Shown here in pieces: positions 18,313-27,710 of a stretch of DNA of 64,000 nucleotides. A model generated the notes under the pieces. It made no database searches. It was given only the letters and a program-made list of their open reading frames with translations, and was not told the origin of the DNA. Origin of the DNA: Dehalococcoidia bacterium (GTDB lineage: Bacteria; Chloroflexota; Dehalococcoidia; Dehalococcoidales; UBA3254); assembly GCA_025361145.1 (NCBI GenBank), contig JANYAV010000014.1:5658-69657 (forward strand), in the 5' to 3' direction. Made by a program: the position numbers and the translations under genes. The first letter of the stretch is position 1. Each line of letters starts with the position of its first letter.

Positions 18313-19158
18313 ATGAGGGAAATAAATGCCGCGGAAATTACCAAAACAGTAGATTCGCTTTTTCGCGAAGCCAATTTTTACCTAACCGATGATGTTCTGG
18401 CTGCCCTCAAAAATGCGGCCAAGAACGAAGAATCAACGGTGGGTAAAGAAGTCCTGGAACAGATTATCGAGAACGCGGCAGTAGCCGCTAAAGAACAAAT
18501 TCCCCTATGCCAGGATTGCGGGGCGGCCGTTGTTTTCGTGGAGCTGGGACAGGAAGTCCACGTTACAGGAGGCGATCTGAACAGCGCCATTAATGAAGGC
18601 ATCAAGAAGGCTTACGAGGGGGGCTATCTGCGTAAGTCTATGGTCAAACAGCCTTTTTCAGACAGAATTAATACCAAAGATAATACCCCCGGTATTATTT
18701 ACACGGAGATTGTACCGGGTGACAAAGTAAAAATCACAGTGGTGCCCAAGGGCGGCGGCGCCGAGAACATGAGCCGGCTGGTAATGCTGACTCCTTCAGC
18801 CGGACGCCAGGGCATCATAGATCAGGTACTTAAGGCTGTAGACGAGGCTGGTTCCAATCCCTGTCCGCCGCTAATTGTGGGCGTGGGTATTGGCGGTACG
18901 GCGGAAAAAACGCTGCTGTTAGCCAAGAAATCGCTACTGCGTAAAGTGGGTGAGCATAATCCTGATCCTGAATACGCTGAACTAGAAAAAGAGTTATTAA
19001 CTAAAATCAATGCCCTTGGCATTGGCCCAATGGGTTACGGAGGCCGCACCACCGCCCTGGCGGTTAATGTGGAGGTTTTCCCGTCTCATCTGGCCAGTAT
19101 GCCGATGGCAGTCAATCTAAATTGCCATAGCTCACGGCACAAAGAGGCGATAATATGA
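18313..19158 (+). CDS. Fe-S fumarate hydratase, alpha subunit
   Basis: PLCQDCG, KGGGAEN, NPCPP, CHSSRH. Confidence 0.9.
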   Translation: MREINAAEITKTVDSLFREANFYLTDDVLAALKNAAKNEESTVGKEVLEQIIENAAVAAKEQIPLCQDCGAAVVFVELGQEVHVTGGDLNSAINEGIKKAYEGGYLRKSMVKQPFSDRINTKDNTPGIIYTEIVPGDKVKITVVPKGGGAENMSRLVMLTPSAGRQGIIDQVLKAVDEAGSNPCPPLIVGVGIGGTAEKTLLLAKKSLLRKVGEHNPDPEYAELEKELLTKINALGIGPMGYGGRTTALAVNVEVFPSHLASMPMAVNLNCHSSRHKEAII

Positions 19159-20864
19159 GAAAATTAAAACACGACGTAATCATTATAGGTTCCGGTCTGG
19201 CCGGGTTCAGAGCGGCGATTGAAGCCGCCAAAAATCCTGCGTTAAGTGTGGCGATTGTTTCCAAGGTACAGCTGATGCGTTCCCATTCAGTCTGCGCAGA
19301 AGGCGGTACTGCCGCGGTGATGCGCCCTGATTTGGGAGATAGCTACGAGCTGCATGCCTGGGACACTGTCAGAGGCGCAGATTTCCTGTGCGACCAGGAT
19401 GTAGTCTGGCGCTTTGTGCAGGAAATACCCAAAGAACTGCTAAGGCTGGAGCACTGGGGAATTCCCTGGTCAAGGCAACCAGATGGACGCATGGACCAGC
19501 GCCCCTTCGGTGGACATAGCTTTGACAGAGCCACCTTCGCGGCGGACAAGACGGGCTTCTTCGAGATGCAGACACTGTATGATACTCTGCAAAAATATGA
19601 TAATATCACCCGCTATGATGAGTGCTATGTTTCCTCAATTTTGACTAAAAACGGACAATTCTGCGGTGTGGCGGTCTGGAGCCTGACCACTGGAGAATTC
19701 TTCGTAATACAGGGTAAATCCGTGGTGATCGCTACTGGTGGCGCTTGCCGTATGTATGGGTTTACCACTTACTCTTTGACTGCCACCGGTGATGGTATGG
19801 CCATGGCTTACAGGGCAGGCTTGCCCTTGAAAGACCTGGAGTTTGTGCAATTCCATCCTACCGGTTTAATTCCCTCTGGTATCTTAATGACGGAAGCCTG
19901 CCGAGGCGAGGGCGGTTATCTGCGCAACTCAAAAGGCGAAAGATTCATGGAAAAATACGCTCCTGGCAAAATGGAACTAGCTCCGCGAGATATTGTGTCC
20001 CGTTCAGAACAAACAGAAATTGAAGCCGGCCGGGGCATTGTGGGTCCCGAGGGCATCCTGGGCATCAGCCTTGATCTGACTCACCTGGGCGCCAAGCAGA
20101 TCAACGAGCGTCTGCCTTTAATCCGGGAAGTTACCATTAAACTGAATAATATTGATCCGATCAATGAGCCTATTCCGATTAAACCTGTCGCTCATTATTT
20201 TATGGGCGGCGTGCATACCGATATTGACGGAGCTACCCCCGTAGCGGGCATCTGGTGCGCCGGAGAGGCCGCCTGCGTGTCTCTGCACGGAGCGAATCGT
20301 CTCGGTTCCAACTCAACTGGGGAATGCCTGGTCTGGGGTAAAATAACCGGTGAAAAAGCCGCTGAATTTGCGGTCAAGAACAAAACCCATCTGGAATTGC
20401 CGTCTGACGCAGCCCTGCAGGATGAAGAAAACAAGGTCTTCGGGCGCTTTAAAACTGAGGGCAAGGAAAGCTCTTACGCCATCCGCCATGAGCTTCAGAA
20501 AGCCATGGACAACTATGTGGGTGTTTTCCGGACTGAACCCGAACTGGCGAAAGCCCTGAAAATTATCCAGGACCTTAAGCAGACTGTAGATCATTTCAAG
20601 GTAACGGACAAGGGCCGGATCTACAATACAGATCTGATGAGCGCAATTGAATCAGATAACCTGCTGGATCTATCCGAAGTAATCGTAACCGGAGCTCTGG
20701 CACGCCAGGAATCCAGAGGCGCCCATTCCCGCCGCGATTTTCCGGTGCGCGATGATGCGAACTGGTTTAAGCATTCGATGGCCTACTACACTTCCCAGGG
20801 ACCCAGAATGGACTATATCCCTGTGGCAGTGAATATGTGGAAACCTGTTGAGAGAAAATACTAA
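19155..20864 (+). CDS. sdhA: Succinate dehydrogenase/fumarate reductase flavoprotein
   Basis: RSHSVCAEGG (covalent FAD His), QFHPTG, TEACRGEGG, LAPRD, HGANRLG, ESRGAH. Confidence 0.95.
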   Translation: MRKLKHDVIIIGSGLAGFRAAIEAAKNPALSVAIVSKVQLMRSHSVCAEGGTAAVMRPDLGDSYELHAWDTVRGADFLCDQDVVWRFVQEIPKELLRLEHWGIPWSRQPDGRMDQRPFGGHSFDRATFAADKTGFFEMQTLYDTLQKYDNITRYDECYVSSILTKNGQFCGVAVWSLTTGEFFVIQGKSVVIATGGACRMYGFTTYSLTATGDGMAMAYRAGLPLKDLEFVQFHPTGLIPSGILMTEACRGEGGYLRNSKGERFMEKYAPGKMELAPRDIVSRSEQTEIEAGRGIVGPEGILGISLDLTHLGAKQINERLPLIREVTIKLNNIDPINEPIPIKPVAHYFMGGVHTDIDGATPVAGIWCAGEAACVSLHGANRLGSNSTGECLVWGKITGEKAAEFAVKNKTHLELPSDAALQDEENKVFGRFKTEGKESSYAIRHELQKAMDNYVGVFRTEPELAKALKIIQDLKQTVDHFKVTDKGRIYNTDLMSAIESDNLLDLSEVIVTGALARQESRGAHSRRDFPVRDDANWFKHSMAYYTSQGPRMDYIPVAVNMWKPVERKY

Positions 20865-20923
20865 TAAACAGTTTCGAGTTTTGAGTTACTAGTATCGTAA
20901 ATCGATAATAAAAGGAGGCGTTT

Positions 20924-21373
20924 ATGCAGACCGAGGTTAAACCTCGCCCTAACCAACTCGGCATCGTCGGCTGGTTCTGGGGAGGTAATTATAAAATAGA
21001 ACGCTACCTCTACATTCTTCATAGAGTAACAGGGGTGGGGCTGATCTTATTTGCCATGTTTCACCTTTTTGAAACTACGGTAATGAGGAACCAGGGAGAA
21101 TCGGTCTGGGAAATGACCATGAGGTTCCTGGCAAACCCGATTTTTGAAATTGGCCTGATCCTGGTGGGTTTCGCTTTTGTCATTCATATGCTGAATGGAG
21201 CCCGCCTGATAATACAGGAATTAGGTTATCTATTGGGCAGACCAAAACGCCCGGTCTATCCTTACTCTGATGCCATCCGCCGGAAACGGGGTATTACCAT
21301 GATTTTCATGGCGGTGATCATCGTGTTGATGGTGGTCTTTGTGCTTAATCGATTCATAGGAGGTGCAGTGTAA
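20924..21373 (+). CDS. sdhC: Succinate dehydrogenase cytochrome b subunit
   Basis: LHRVTG, three TM helices, IHMLNG. Confidence 0.85.
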   Translation: MQTEVKPRPNQLGIVGWFWGGNYKIERYLYILHRVTGVGLILFAMFHLFETTVMRNQGESVWEMTMRFLANPIFEIGLILVGFAFVIHMLNGARLIIQELGYLLGRPKRPVYPYSDAIRRKRGITMIFMAVIIVLMVVFVLNRFIGGAV

Positions 21374-21726
21374 TGTTAAAAACACGCATGCAGCTACTTT
21401 TCTATTTGTCCGCGATAGGCCTGGCGGTTTTTCTGGGAATACACATGGCCGTACAACACCTGAATAACGTACTGGCAACCGGTGATACCGCTCCGACGTC
21501 CTGGTTATCCATGATTGGCAGGGCAACCCAGAATGGCTGGGTGGTAATTTACATATTAATGCTGGTTTTCGGCCTTTATCACGGGCTTTATGGTTTGAGA
21601 GGAATAATCATTGAAATGACCAAAAGCGATAAGGCCATCAACCTGGTCAACCGGATATTTATTGTGGGTGGAATAATTATATTCGCCTGGGCGGCTTATA
21701 TACCGATCGCCCTGGCAACCAGATAG
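21373..21726 (+). CDS. sdhD: Succinate dehydrogenase membrane anchor
   Basis: Three TM helices, IHM and YHGLYGLR; operon position. Confidence 0.8.
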   Translation: MLKTRMQLLFYLSAIGLAVFLGIHMAVQHLNNVLATGDTAPTSWLSMIGRATQNGWVVIYILMLVFGLYHGLYGLRGIIIEMTKSDKAINLVNRIFIVGGIIIFAWAAYIPIALATR

Positions 21727-21734
21727 GAGGTAAC

Positions 21735-22553
21735 ATGCCGGATAAAGAGACCTCAGTAACGTTTAAAGTTCAAAGATTTGATCCTGAAAAGGATAAACAG
21801 CCAAGGATGCAGGAGTTTATTGTACCGACCAGACGGGGTATGACGATACTCGACGCCTTACTTTATATTAAGGAAAACCTGGACGGCACGCTGGCCTTTA
21901 GGACTTCCTGCCGTATGGGTATCTGCGGTTCCTGTGGAATGTATATCAATAACTATCCGAGACTGGCCTGTCACACTCAGATAGCTGAGTTGGAGAGCGC
22001 AGTAGTCACGGTCAAACCTTTGCCGAACTCTCCCATCATCAAAGACCTGGCGGTGGATCTTCAGCCCATGTTCGACAAGCATAAATCGATCAAACCTTAT
22101 ATCGTCCAGGAAAACAAAACGGAAGAAAGCAATTTAACCCATGAATACGTGCAGAAACCCGAGGAAGTAGAAGAGTACGAACAATTCTCTTATTGCATCA
22201 AATGCGGTATTTGCGTAGCGGCTTGCCCAACCTCCGCTTCTGACGCTAAATTTTTAGGACCACAAGCGCTGGGACAGGCTTATCGCTATTGCGCTGACAG
22301 CAGAGATGCAGGTTCAGCCGAGAGATTAACAATAACTGAATCAAATCACGGCGCCTGGCGCTGCCATTTAGCCGGAGCATGTTCGGAAGCCTGCCCCAAG
22401 GGTGTAGACCCGGGGCTAGCTATCCAGTTACTTAAGAACAAGATGGCTAAACAAGCCTTAGCGGGCCCCCAGAAAAATAAAAAGGTGGCGATCTATCCGG
22501 AACCTAAAGAAATCAAGCCCAGGGTAGCAGTGCCACCATTCACGGCAAAATAA
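21735..22553 (+). CDS. sdhB: Succinate dehydrogenase Fe-S subunit
   Basis: SCRMGICGSC, CIKCGICVAACP, CHLAGACSEACPK. Confidence 0.95.
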   Translation: MPDKETSVTFKVQRFDPEKDKQPRMQEFIVPTRRGMTILDALLYIKENLDGTLAFRTSCRMGICGSCGMYINNYPRLACHTQIAELESAVVTVKPLPNSPIIKDLAVDLQPMFDKHKSIKPYIVQENKTEESNLTHEYVQKPEEVEEYEQFSYCIKCGICVAACPTSASDAKFLGPQALGQAYRYCADSRDAGSAERLTITESNHGAWRCHLAGACSEACPKGVDPGLAIQLLKNKMAKQALAGPQKNKKVAIYPEPKEIKPRVAVPPFTAK

Positions 22554-22653
22554 ATAACCAAATCACAAATAAGAGACTAAAAAACAAATACCAAATAAAA
22601 TATTAGAGTTAAAGTAGTTTACATAAACAATAGTAATTCCTGAGGAGGCCTCA

Positions 22654-23211
22654 ATGATAAAAAATGTTTCTTTGCCGTTAACTGACGAGATTATTAAAGA
22701 CTTACATGCCGGGGATAATGTGCTATTAACCGGCGTCTTATATGTGGGACGAGACGCGGCGCATAAAAGATTGGTAGAAGCTTTAGACAAGGGCCAGGCT
22801 TTACCTTTCGATGTTAAAGGCCAGACAATTTATTACATGGGGCCTTCGCCGGCAAAACCAGGGCAGGTCATCGGTGCAGCCGGACCCACAACCAGCGGAC
22901 GGATGGATAGCTATGCTCCCCGCCTGATGCAGGAAGGACTCAAAGGCATGATTGGCAAAGGCAACCGTGCTAAACCCGTTAAAGAAGCCATGGTTAAATA
23001 CAAAGCAGTCTATTTTGCCGCCATTGGCGGAGCCGGGGCACTGATAGCTAAAAGCATCAAGAAATCAGAAATTGTAGCTTACGAAGAACTGGGTGCTGAA
23101 GCAGTTCGCAGACTAGAAGTAGATAATTTCCCGGTGACGGTGATCAACGATATTTACGGTAAAGACCTCTACGAAGAAGGAAAATGCAAATATCGAGTTG
23201 CCGTTAAATAA
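22654..23211 (+). CDS. Fe-S fumarate hydratase, beta subunit
   Basis: GRDAAHKR, GPTTSGRM, MIGKG, GGAGAL. Confidence 0.92.
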   Translation: MIKNVSLPLTDEIIKDLHAGDNVLLTGVLYVGRDAAHKRLVEALDKGQALPFDVKGQTIYYMGPSPAKPGQVIGAAGPTTSGRMDSYAPRLMQEGLKGMIGKGNRAKPVKEAMVKYKAVYFAAIGGAGALIAKSIKKSEIVAYEELGAEAVRRLEVDNFPVTVINDIYGKDLYEEGKCKYRVAVK

Positions 23212-23240
23212 TACCAGGCCAATTTAGAATTTGAAAGCAT

Positions 23241-23270
23241 ATAAGCCCAATCATAAATGATTGGGCTTAT
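23241..23270. terminator. Terminator hairpin ending the succinate operon
   Basis: ataagcccaatcat-aa-atgattgggcttat, a perfect inverted repeat. Confidence 0.7.
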
Positions 23271-23327
23271 TCCTAATAAAATTCCTGCATAAATTTTGAA
23301 TTATTCTTTTTACGACTATATACTTGA

Positions 23328-24884
23328 GTGAATACGATGAACAACTATTCTTACGTAATTTTAGGCAGCGGTATCGCCGGTTTATATACGGCCTTGCTGG
23401 CCTGCGAGCATGGTAAAGTTCTGATCATAACTAAAGGCAGCATCGATGATTGTAACACCAAGTACGCGCAGGGCGGGATAGCCGCACCGATCGGCTCCAA
23501 TGACTCCGCGGATCTGCATTATAAAGACACGCTTAAAGCTGGCGATGGACTGGTAGACCAGGAATCAGCGCATATTTTAGCAGAGGAAGCCCCCGACCGT
23601 ATTTCAGATCTGGTAAGTTTCGGGGTACCTTTTGATACCGTCAATGGAGCGATAGCCTTAACGATGGAAGCCGCTCACAGCGTGCCCAGAGTGCTGCACG
23701 CGGGGGGGGATGCCACAGGGGCGCACATCGAGGCTACACTGAGCAGTCGAGTAAGAGAACGTAAACAGGATATCAAAGTACTGGAAAATTGTCTGGTAAC
23801 AGATATCCTGACAGAAAACGGTAAGATTGCTGGCGTACGCGCCCTGGATCTGCGGACTGGATCAACTTTGGAATTTACCTGCCGATGCATGATTTTAGCT
23901 ACCGGCGGAGCAGGAAACTTATTTAAATACACTACTAACCCCGCGGTAGCCACCGGTGACGGCGTGGCATTGGCTTATACGGCCGGCGCGGAATTGACCG
24001 ATATGGAGTTTTATCAATTTCATCCCACAGCTTTGCGTATGCCTGGGGTAGCGCCATTTTTAATTTCGGAAGCGGTGAGAGGGGAGGGCGGGATTCTGCG
24101 CAATGTAGAGGGTTATGCCTTTATGAAGGACTATACTCCGGACGCCGAACTAGGCCCCCGGGATGTGGTAGCGCGAAGTATGCTTTTTGAAATGCAGAAG
24201 ACGGGTTCCGACCGGGTATTTCTGGATGTACGGCACCTTTCTCCCAATCTAGTGACGACCCGTTTCCCCAATATCTATAAATATTGTTACGATCAGGGAC
24301 TGGATATCACTAAGGGACTGATTCCGGTAGCTCCGGCAGCACATTATATGGTAGGCGGCGTCAAAACCAATACCTGGGGCGAGACCAATATTGTCGGATT
24401 ATTCGCCGGAGGCGAGGTAGCTTGCACGGGTGTACACGGAGCCAATCGGTTGGCTTCTAACTCCATGCTGGAAGTATTAGTGTTCAGTAAACGCACTATC
24501 GAAAAAAGCCTGCAAAGCAGAATTAAAAGCGAGCCGGTGAGCAGCAGTACTGCCGTGCGGACTACATTATCAAAGAGAAAAACAATGGGTTCGGTGACAA
24601 CCGTCAGTTTAAGAGCCTTACAGGACTTGATGTGGAATAAAGCGGGAATAATAAGGAACAAAGAAGGCCTGGAACTGGCGAGAGAGACCCTGGCCGGTTG
24701 GCAAAAATGCCTACCTGAATCTACTGACCGTTCCACCTACGAATTAAGTAATCTGGTAACTACCGGCCGGCTGTTAGTTGAAGCCGCATTGATAAGAGAA
24801 GAAAGCCGCGGAGCTCATTTCCGCTCGGATTTTCCGCTGCACTCGACAAATTGGGAAAAACACATCATCTTTACTCGCGGTTAA
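23328..24884 (+). CDS. nadB: L-aspartate oxidase
   Basis: GSGIAG, NTKYAQGGIA (no covalent-FAD His), EAAHS..RVLHAGGDATG, HGANRLASNS; adjacent to nadC. Confidence 0.93.
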   Translation: MNTMNNYSYVILGSGIAGLYTALLACEHGKVLIITKGSIDDCNTKYAQGGIAAPIGSNDSADLHYKDTLKAGDGLVDQESAHILAEEAPDRISDLVSFGVPFDTVNGAIALTMEAAHSVPRVLHAGGDATGAHIEATLSSRVRERKQDIKVLENCLVTDILTENGKIAGVRALDLRTGSTLEFTCRCMILATGGAGNLFKYTTNPAVATGDGVALAYTAGAELTDMEFYQFHPTALRMPGVAPFLISEAVRGEGGILRNVEGYAFMKDYTPDAELGPRDVVARSMLFEMQKTGSDRVFLDVRHLSPNLVTTRFPNIYKYCYDQGLDITKGLIPVAPAAHYMVGGVKTNTWGETNIVGLFAGGEVACTGVHGANRLASNSMLEVLVFSKRTIEKSLQSRIKSEPVSSSTAVRTTLSKRKTMGSVTTVSLRALQDLMWNKAGIIRNKEGLELARETLAGWQKCLPESTDRSTYELSNLVTTGRLLVEAALIREESRGAHFRSDFPLHSTNWEKHIIFTRG

Positions 24885-24989
24885 ATATACATGATAGCCT
24901 CTTTTTTATATCTTCGTGGAGTGATATTATAGATGCTAAGTAAGCAAACCTCAGGCGCAAGTCGATAAAAGGATGGTTCTTTCTGTTTA

Positions 24990-25886
24990 ATGAAAATTGA
25001 GAAAGGAAAGCAATTTGCAGAGTTAGCGATAGATTATATAAATAAAATCGTGGCTATCGCTCTGGCGGAAGATATCGGCAAAGGCGACATAACCAGCGAG
25101 ATATTAATTCCGGTGGATCTGCAAGGCCGCGCTTATATGCTGGTTAAACAAAGCGGCGTCATAGCTGGCATTCCCGTAGTAGAGAGGGTTTTCCATCAAG
25201 TGGATCCCACTCTTAAAGTGGTAATTCAAATCCAGGATGGGACAGCCGTCAAAAATGGCGATGTGCCCATGACTGTGAGCGGAAATGTGCGCAGCATACT
25301 GAAAGCGGAAAGAGTGGCCTTAAATTTTTTTCAGCGATTAAGCGGGATTGCCTCTACAACCGCTGAATATGTCGAAAAAGTGCAGGACTTATCGGTAGAC
25401 ATTGCAGATACCCGCAAGACCACCCCGGTACTGCGCGAGCTAGAAAAATACGCAGTGCGCATGGGGGGAGGCAAGAATCACCGCATGGGACTGGATGATG
25501 CCATTCTGATTAAAGATAACCACATCGCCGCCCTGCGCGCTCTAGGCATAAATTATCAAGAGATAGTGAGCAAGGCCAAAGGCAAAGCTGCCCCGGGAAT
25601 GATGGTAGAAGCAGAAGCCACCACGATTCAAGAAGTGATGGACGCGGTGGAGGCAGGGGCAGATATAGTGATGCTGGACAATATGTCTGTGACGGAAATG
25701 ACCCGAGCAGTAGAGCTGATTGACGCCCGCGCTGAAGTGGAAGCTTCAGGTGGGATTAACCTGAAAAACGTGCGCGCTGTTGCCGAGACCGGAATAGATT
25801 TTATCTCTATTGGCGCTTTAACTCATTCTTTTAAAGCGATGGACATCAGCCTCGAACTAGAGCCCCAGACATTTAAGCTACTTTAG
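24990..25886 (+). CDS. nadC: Quinolinate phosphoribosyltransferase
   Basis: DTRKT, HR.GL.D..LIKDNH, MLDN, EASGGI. Confidence 0.95.
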   Translation: MKIEKGKQFAELAIDYINKIVAIALAEDIGKGDITSEILIPVDLQGRAYMLVKQSGVIAGIPVVERVFHQVDPTLKVVIQIQDGTAVKNGDVPMTVSGNVRSILKAERVALNFFQRLSGIASTTAEYVEKVQDLSVDIADTRKTTPVLRELEKYAVRMGGGKNHRMGLDDAILIKDNHIAALRALGINYQEIVSKAKGKAAPGMMVEAEATTIQEVMDAVEAGADIVMLDNMSVTEMTRAVELIDARAEVEASGGINLKNVRAVAETGIDFISIGALTHSFKAMDISLELEPQTFKLL

Positions 25887-25903
25887 ACTGTTTTCAAAAT
25901 AAT

Positions 25904-25941
25904 GATAGGGTCTCTTCTAAATTGTGCAAAGAAACCCTATC
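25904..25941. terminator. Probable bidirectional terminator
   Basis: gataggg...ccctatc between convergent genes. Confidence 0.45.
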
Positions 25942-25964
25942 AATGAATACCGAGCATGATTTTA

Positions 25965-26351
25965 CTACTTAGAAGAAGTATTTACTTCGGAAACTCCCCT
26001 GGTTTTATTTTCAGCGATTAAAACGATGATCCCCCAAATGAGAGTCAGCGCCAGAGAAACGGCTATCCCTTCTGTAGCTATCTCATAAATAAAGGGAGCG
26101 ACATTGACAGGGCTGCTCAAGGCAGTAAAAAAGGGTGGTTGAAGAGTCATTTCACCATGCCAGATATGCTCAAGCACCAGAAGAGCCGCACCGCTCCACA
26201 ACATTTTGTTTAGCCAACCAAGCTTACGGCTCCAGGTAATTCCTGTTATTTCAATATGTTCTACCCCGGATTTCTGCTCTTTATTTTTAACAACTTTTTG
26301 AACTATGGTGGTCACAATTGCCTGACTCATGGGCACTAGAAAACATCCCAT
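25965..26351 (-). CDS. Hypothetical membrane protein
   Basis: 128 aa, hydrophobic segments, EHIWHGE motif, GGAGG RBS; lies just downstream of the Fur-family gene. Confidence 0.7.
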   Translation of the reverse strand: MGCFLVPMSQAIVTTIVQKVVKNKEQKSGVEHIEITGITWSRKLGWLNKMLWSGAALLVLEHIWHGEMTLQPPFFTALSSPVNVAPFIYEIATEGIAVSLALTLIWGIIVLIAENKTRGVSEVNTSSK

Positions 26352-26399
26352 AATACATGCCTCCTCTTTTAATAGTTATAGCAATGAGTATAAAACAAA

Positions 26400-26849
26400 T
26401 TAACTAATACACTTCGAGCAATGACCGAAAATGGCCAGATGTTCAATATCTGCCATGAATCCGTATTGATTTTTCAATTTTGATTTAAGTTCAATGAAAA
26501 CTGATTCTTCCAGATCGATAATTGCTTGACATTCATGACAGACCAGATGATGGTGATGTCCCTTAGAAGTGGGATGGTAGCTGACCCGTCCGTTACCCAG
26601 ATCAGTCTCGGTCACCAACCCCTTGGCTTTAAGCAGGTCTAAAGTGCGATAGACGGTGGAGATATTAACATGGGGATATCTGGTTACAACCGAAGAGTAA
26701 ATTTCCTCGGCGCTGATATGATTGTGGCTATTTTCGATGGCGTCTACGATCATAGCACGCTGCGGCGTCATACGATAGCCGGCTTGGGCCAGCTGCGTTA
26801 GAAGGCCGTTGTGGTCATGGGGATGAGTATGACCTGCATGATCTTGCAC
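26400..26849 (-). CDS. Fur/Zur-family regulator
   Basis: RMTPQR, STVYRTL, HHHHLVCHEC, GHCSKC; His-rich N-terminus. Confidence 0.92.
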   Translation of the reverse strand: MQDHAGHTHPHDHNGLLTQLAQAGYRMTPQRAMIVDAIENSHNHISAEEIYSSVVTRYPHVNISTVYRTLDLLKAKGLVTETDLGNGRVSYHPTSKGHHHHLVCHECQAIIDLEESVFIELKSKLKNQYGFMADIEHLAIFGHCSKCIS

Positions 26850-26907
26850 AACGTATCTCCGAGGAAATGGATAGATTACGCTAAAATATTAATATGTTTT
26901 CAGAATT

Positions 26908-26925
26908 ATTGCAACAAGTTGCAAT
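26908..26925. promoter_or_regulatory. Palindromic operator upstream of the Fur-family gene
   Basis: ATTGCAAC-aa-GTTGCAAT. Confidence 0.55.
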
Positions 26926-27037
26926 TAATAACAATTGCAAGACAAAACTCAAGTTTAAAAATAAGATAAAGCTCTAATTTAGACCTGCGAGGCCCGATCG
27001 TGCAGACGAAAAGGGTAGAGAAAAGAATGAAGGGTGG

Positions 27038-27502
27038 TTAAGGCGCCAGAGGAGCGAACTTATCGCGGCTGTCCAGCATAAGGGTAACAGGACCGTCATT
27101 ATGGATTTCAACCAGCATATGGGTTTGGAAACGTCCAGTCTCAACTCTCAGACCACTACGGCGGCATTCCTCGACAAAGAGATTAAATAATATTTCAGCC
27201 TGATCTGGAGGAGCGGCGTTGGTAAAACTGGGACGGCGGCCTTTTCTGGAATCAGCCAATAAGGTGAATTGGGAGACAGCCAGTATTGAGCCCCGGATGT
27301 CCTGAAGGGATAGGTTGAATTTACAATCTGAATCTGAAAATATGCGTAGTCCAATAGTTTTTTTAGCCAGGTAGGAGGCGTCTTTAGCGCTATCTTCTGA
27401 GGCTACTCCAACCAGCACAAGCAGACCAGAGCCGATTTCACCGACTGTTGCTCCATCAACTGTGACTGAGGCTTGGGAAACCCTTTGAAGCAGCACTTTC
27501 AA
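27038..27502 (-). CDS. dtd: D-aminoacyl-tRNA deacylase
   Basis: LLQRV, SQFTL, GRRPSF, NDGPVT. TTG 27502 with AGGAG RBS. Confidence 0.95.
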   Translation of the reverse strand: MKVLLQRVSQASVTVDGATVGEIGSGLLVLVGVASEDSAKDASYLAKKTIGLRIFSDSDCKFNLSLQDIRGSILAVSQFTLLADSRKGRRPSFTNAAPPDQAEILFNLFVEECRRSGLRVETGRFQTHMLVEIHNDGPVTLMLDSRDKFAPLAP

Positions 27503-27710
27503 ATACCTTGACTCCTGTAGGTAAATCTTTCGAGCATATTTTAGCACAGGTATTACCAATAAACCATGCGGGTTTAAGTAGCTTAAATTAGAATATATAG
27601 GTAGAATCTCGTATGATAAAAGAGAATAGGTAATTCCTCAAAACAAAAGGATAGTTATAAAATCTTAGGAAATGTCCCATTTCCTTTCAAATTAGGATAG
27701 TTAAGATAGA

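Noticed and set aside
14808-22082. Numerous antisense ORFs within the succinate operon (and similar ones elsewhere)
   Set aside because: They lie fully inside well-supported genes and show no independent signals.
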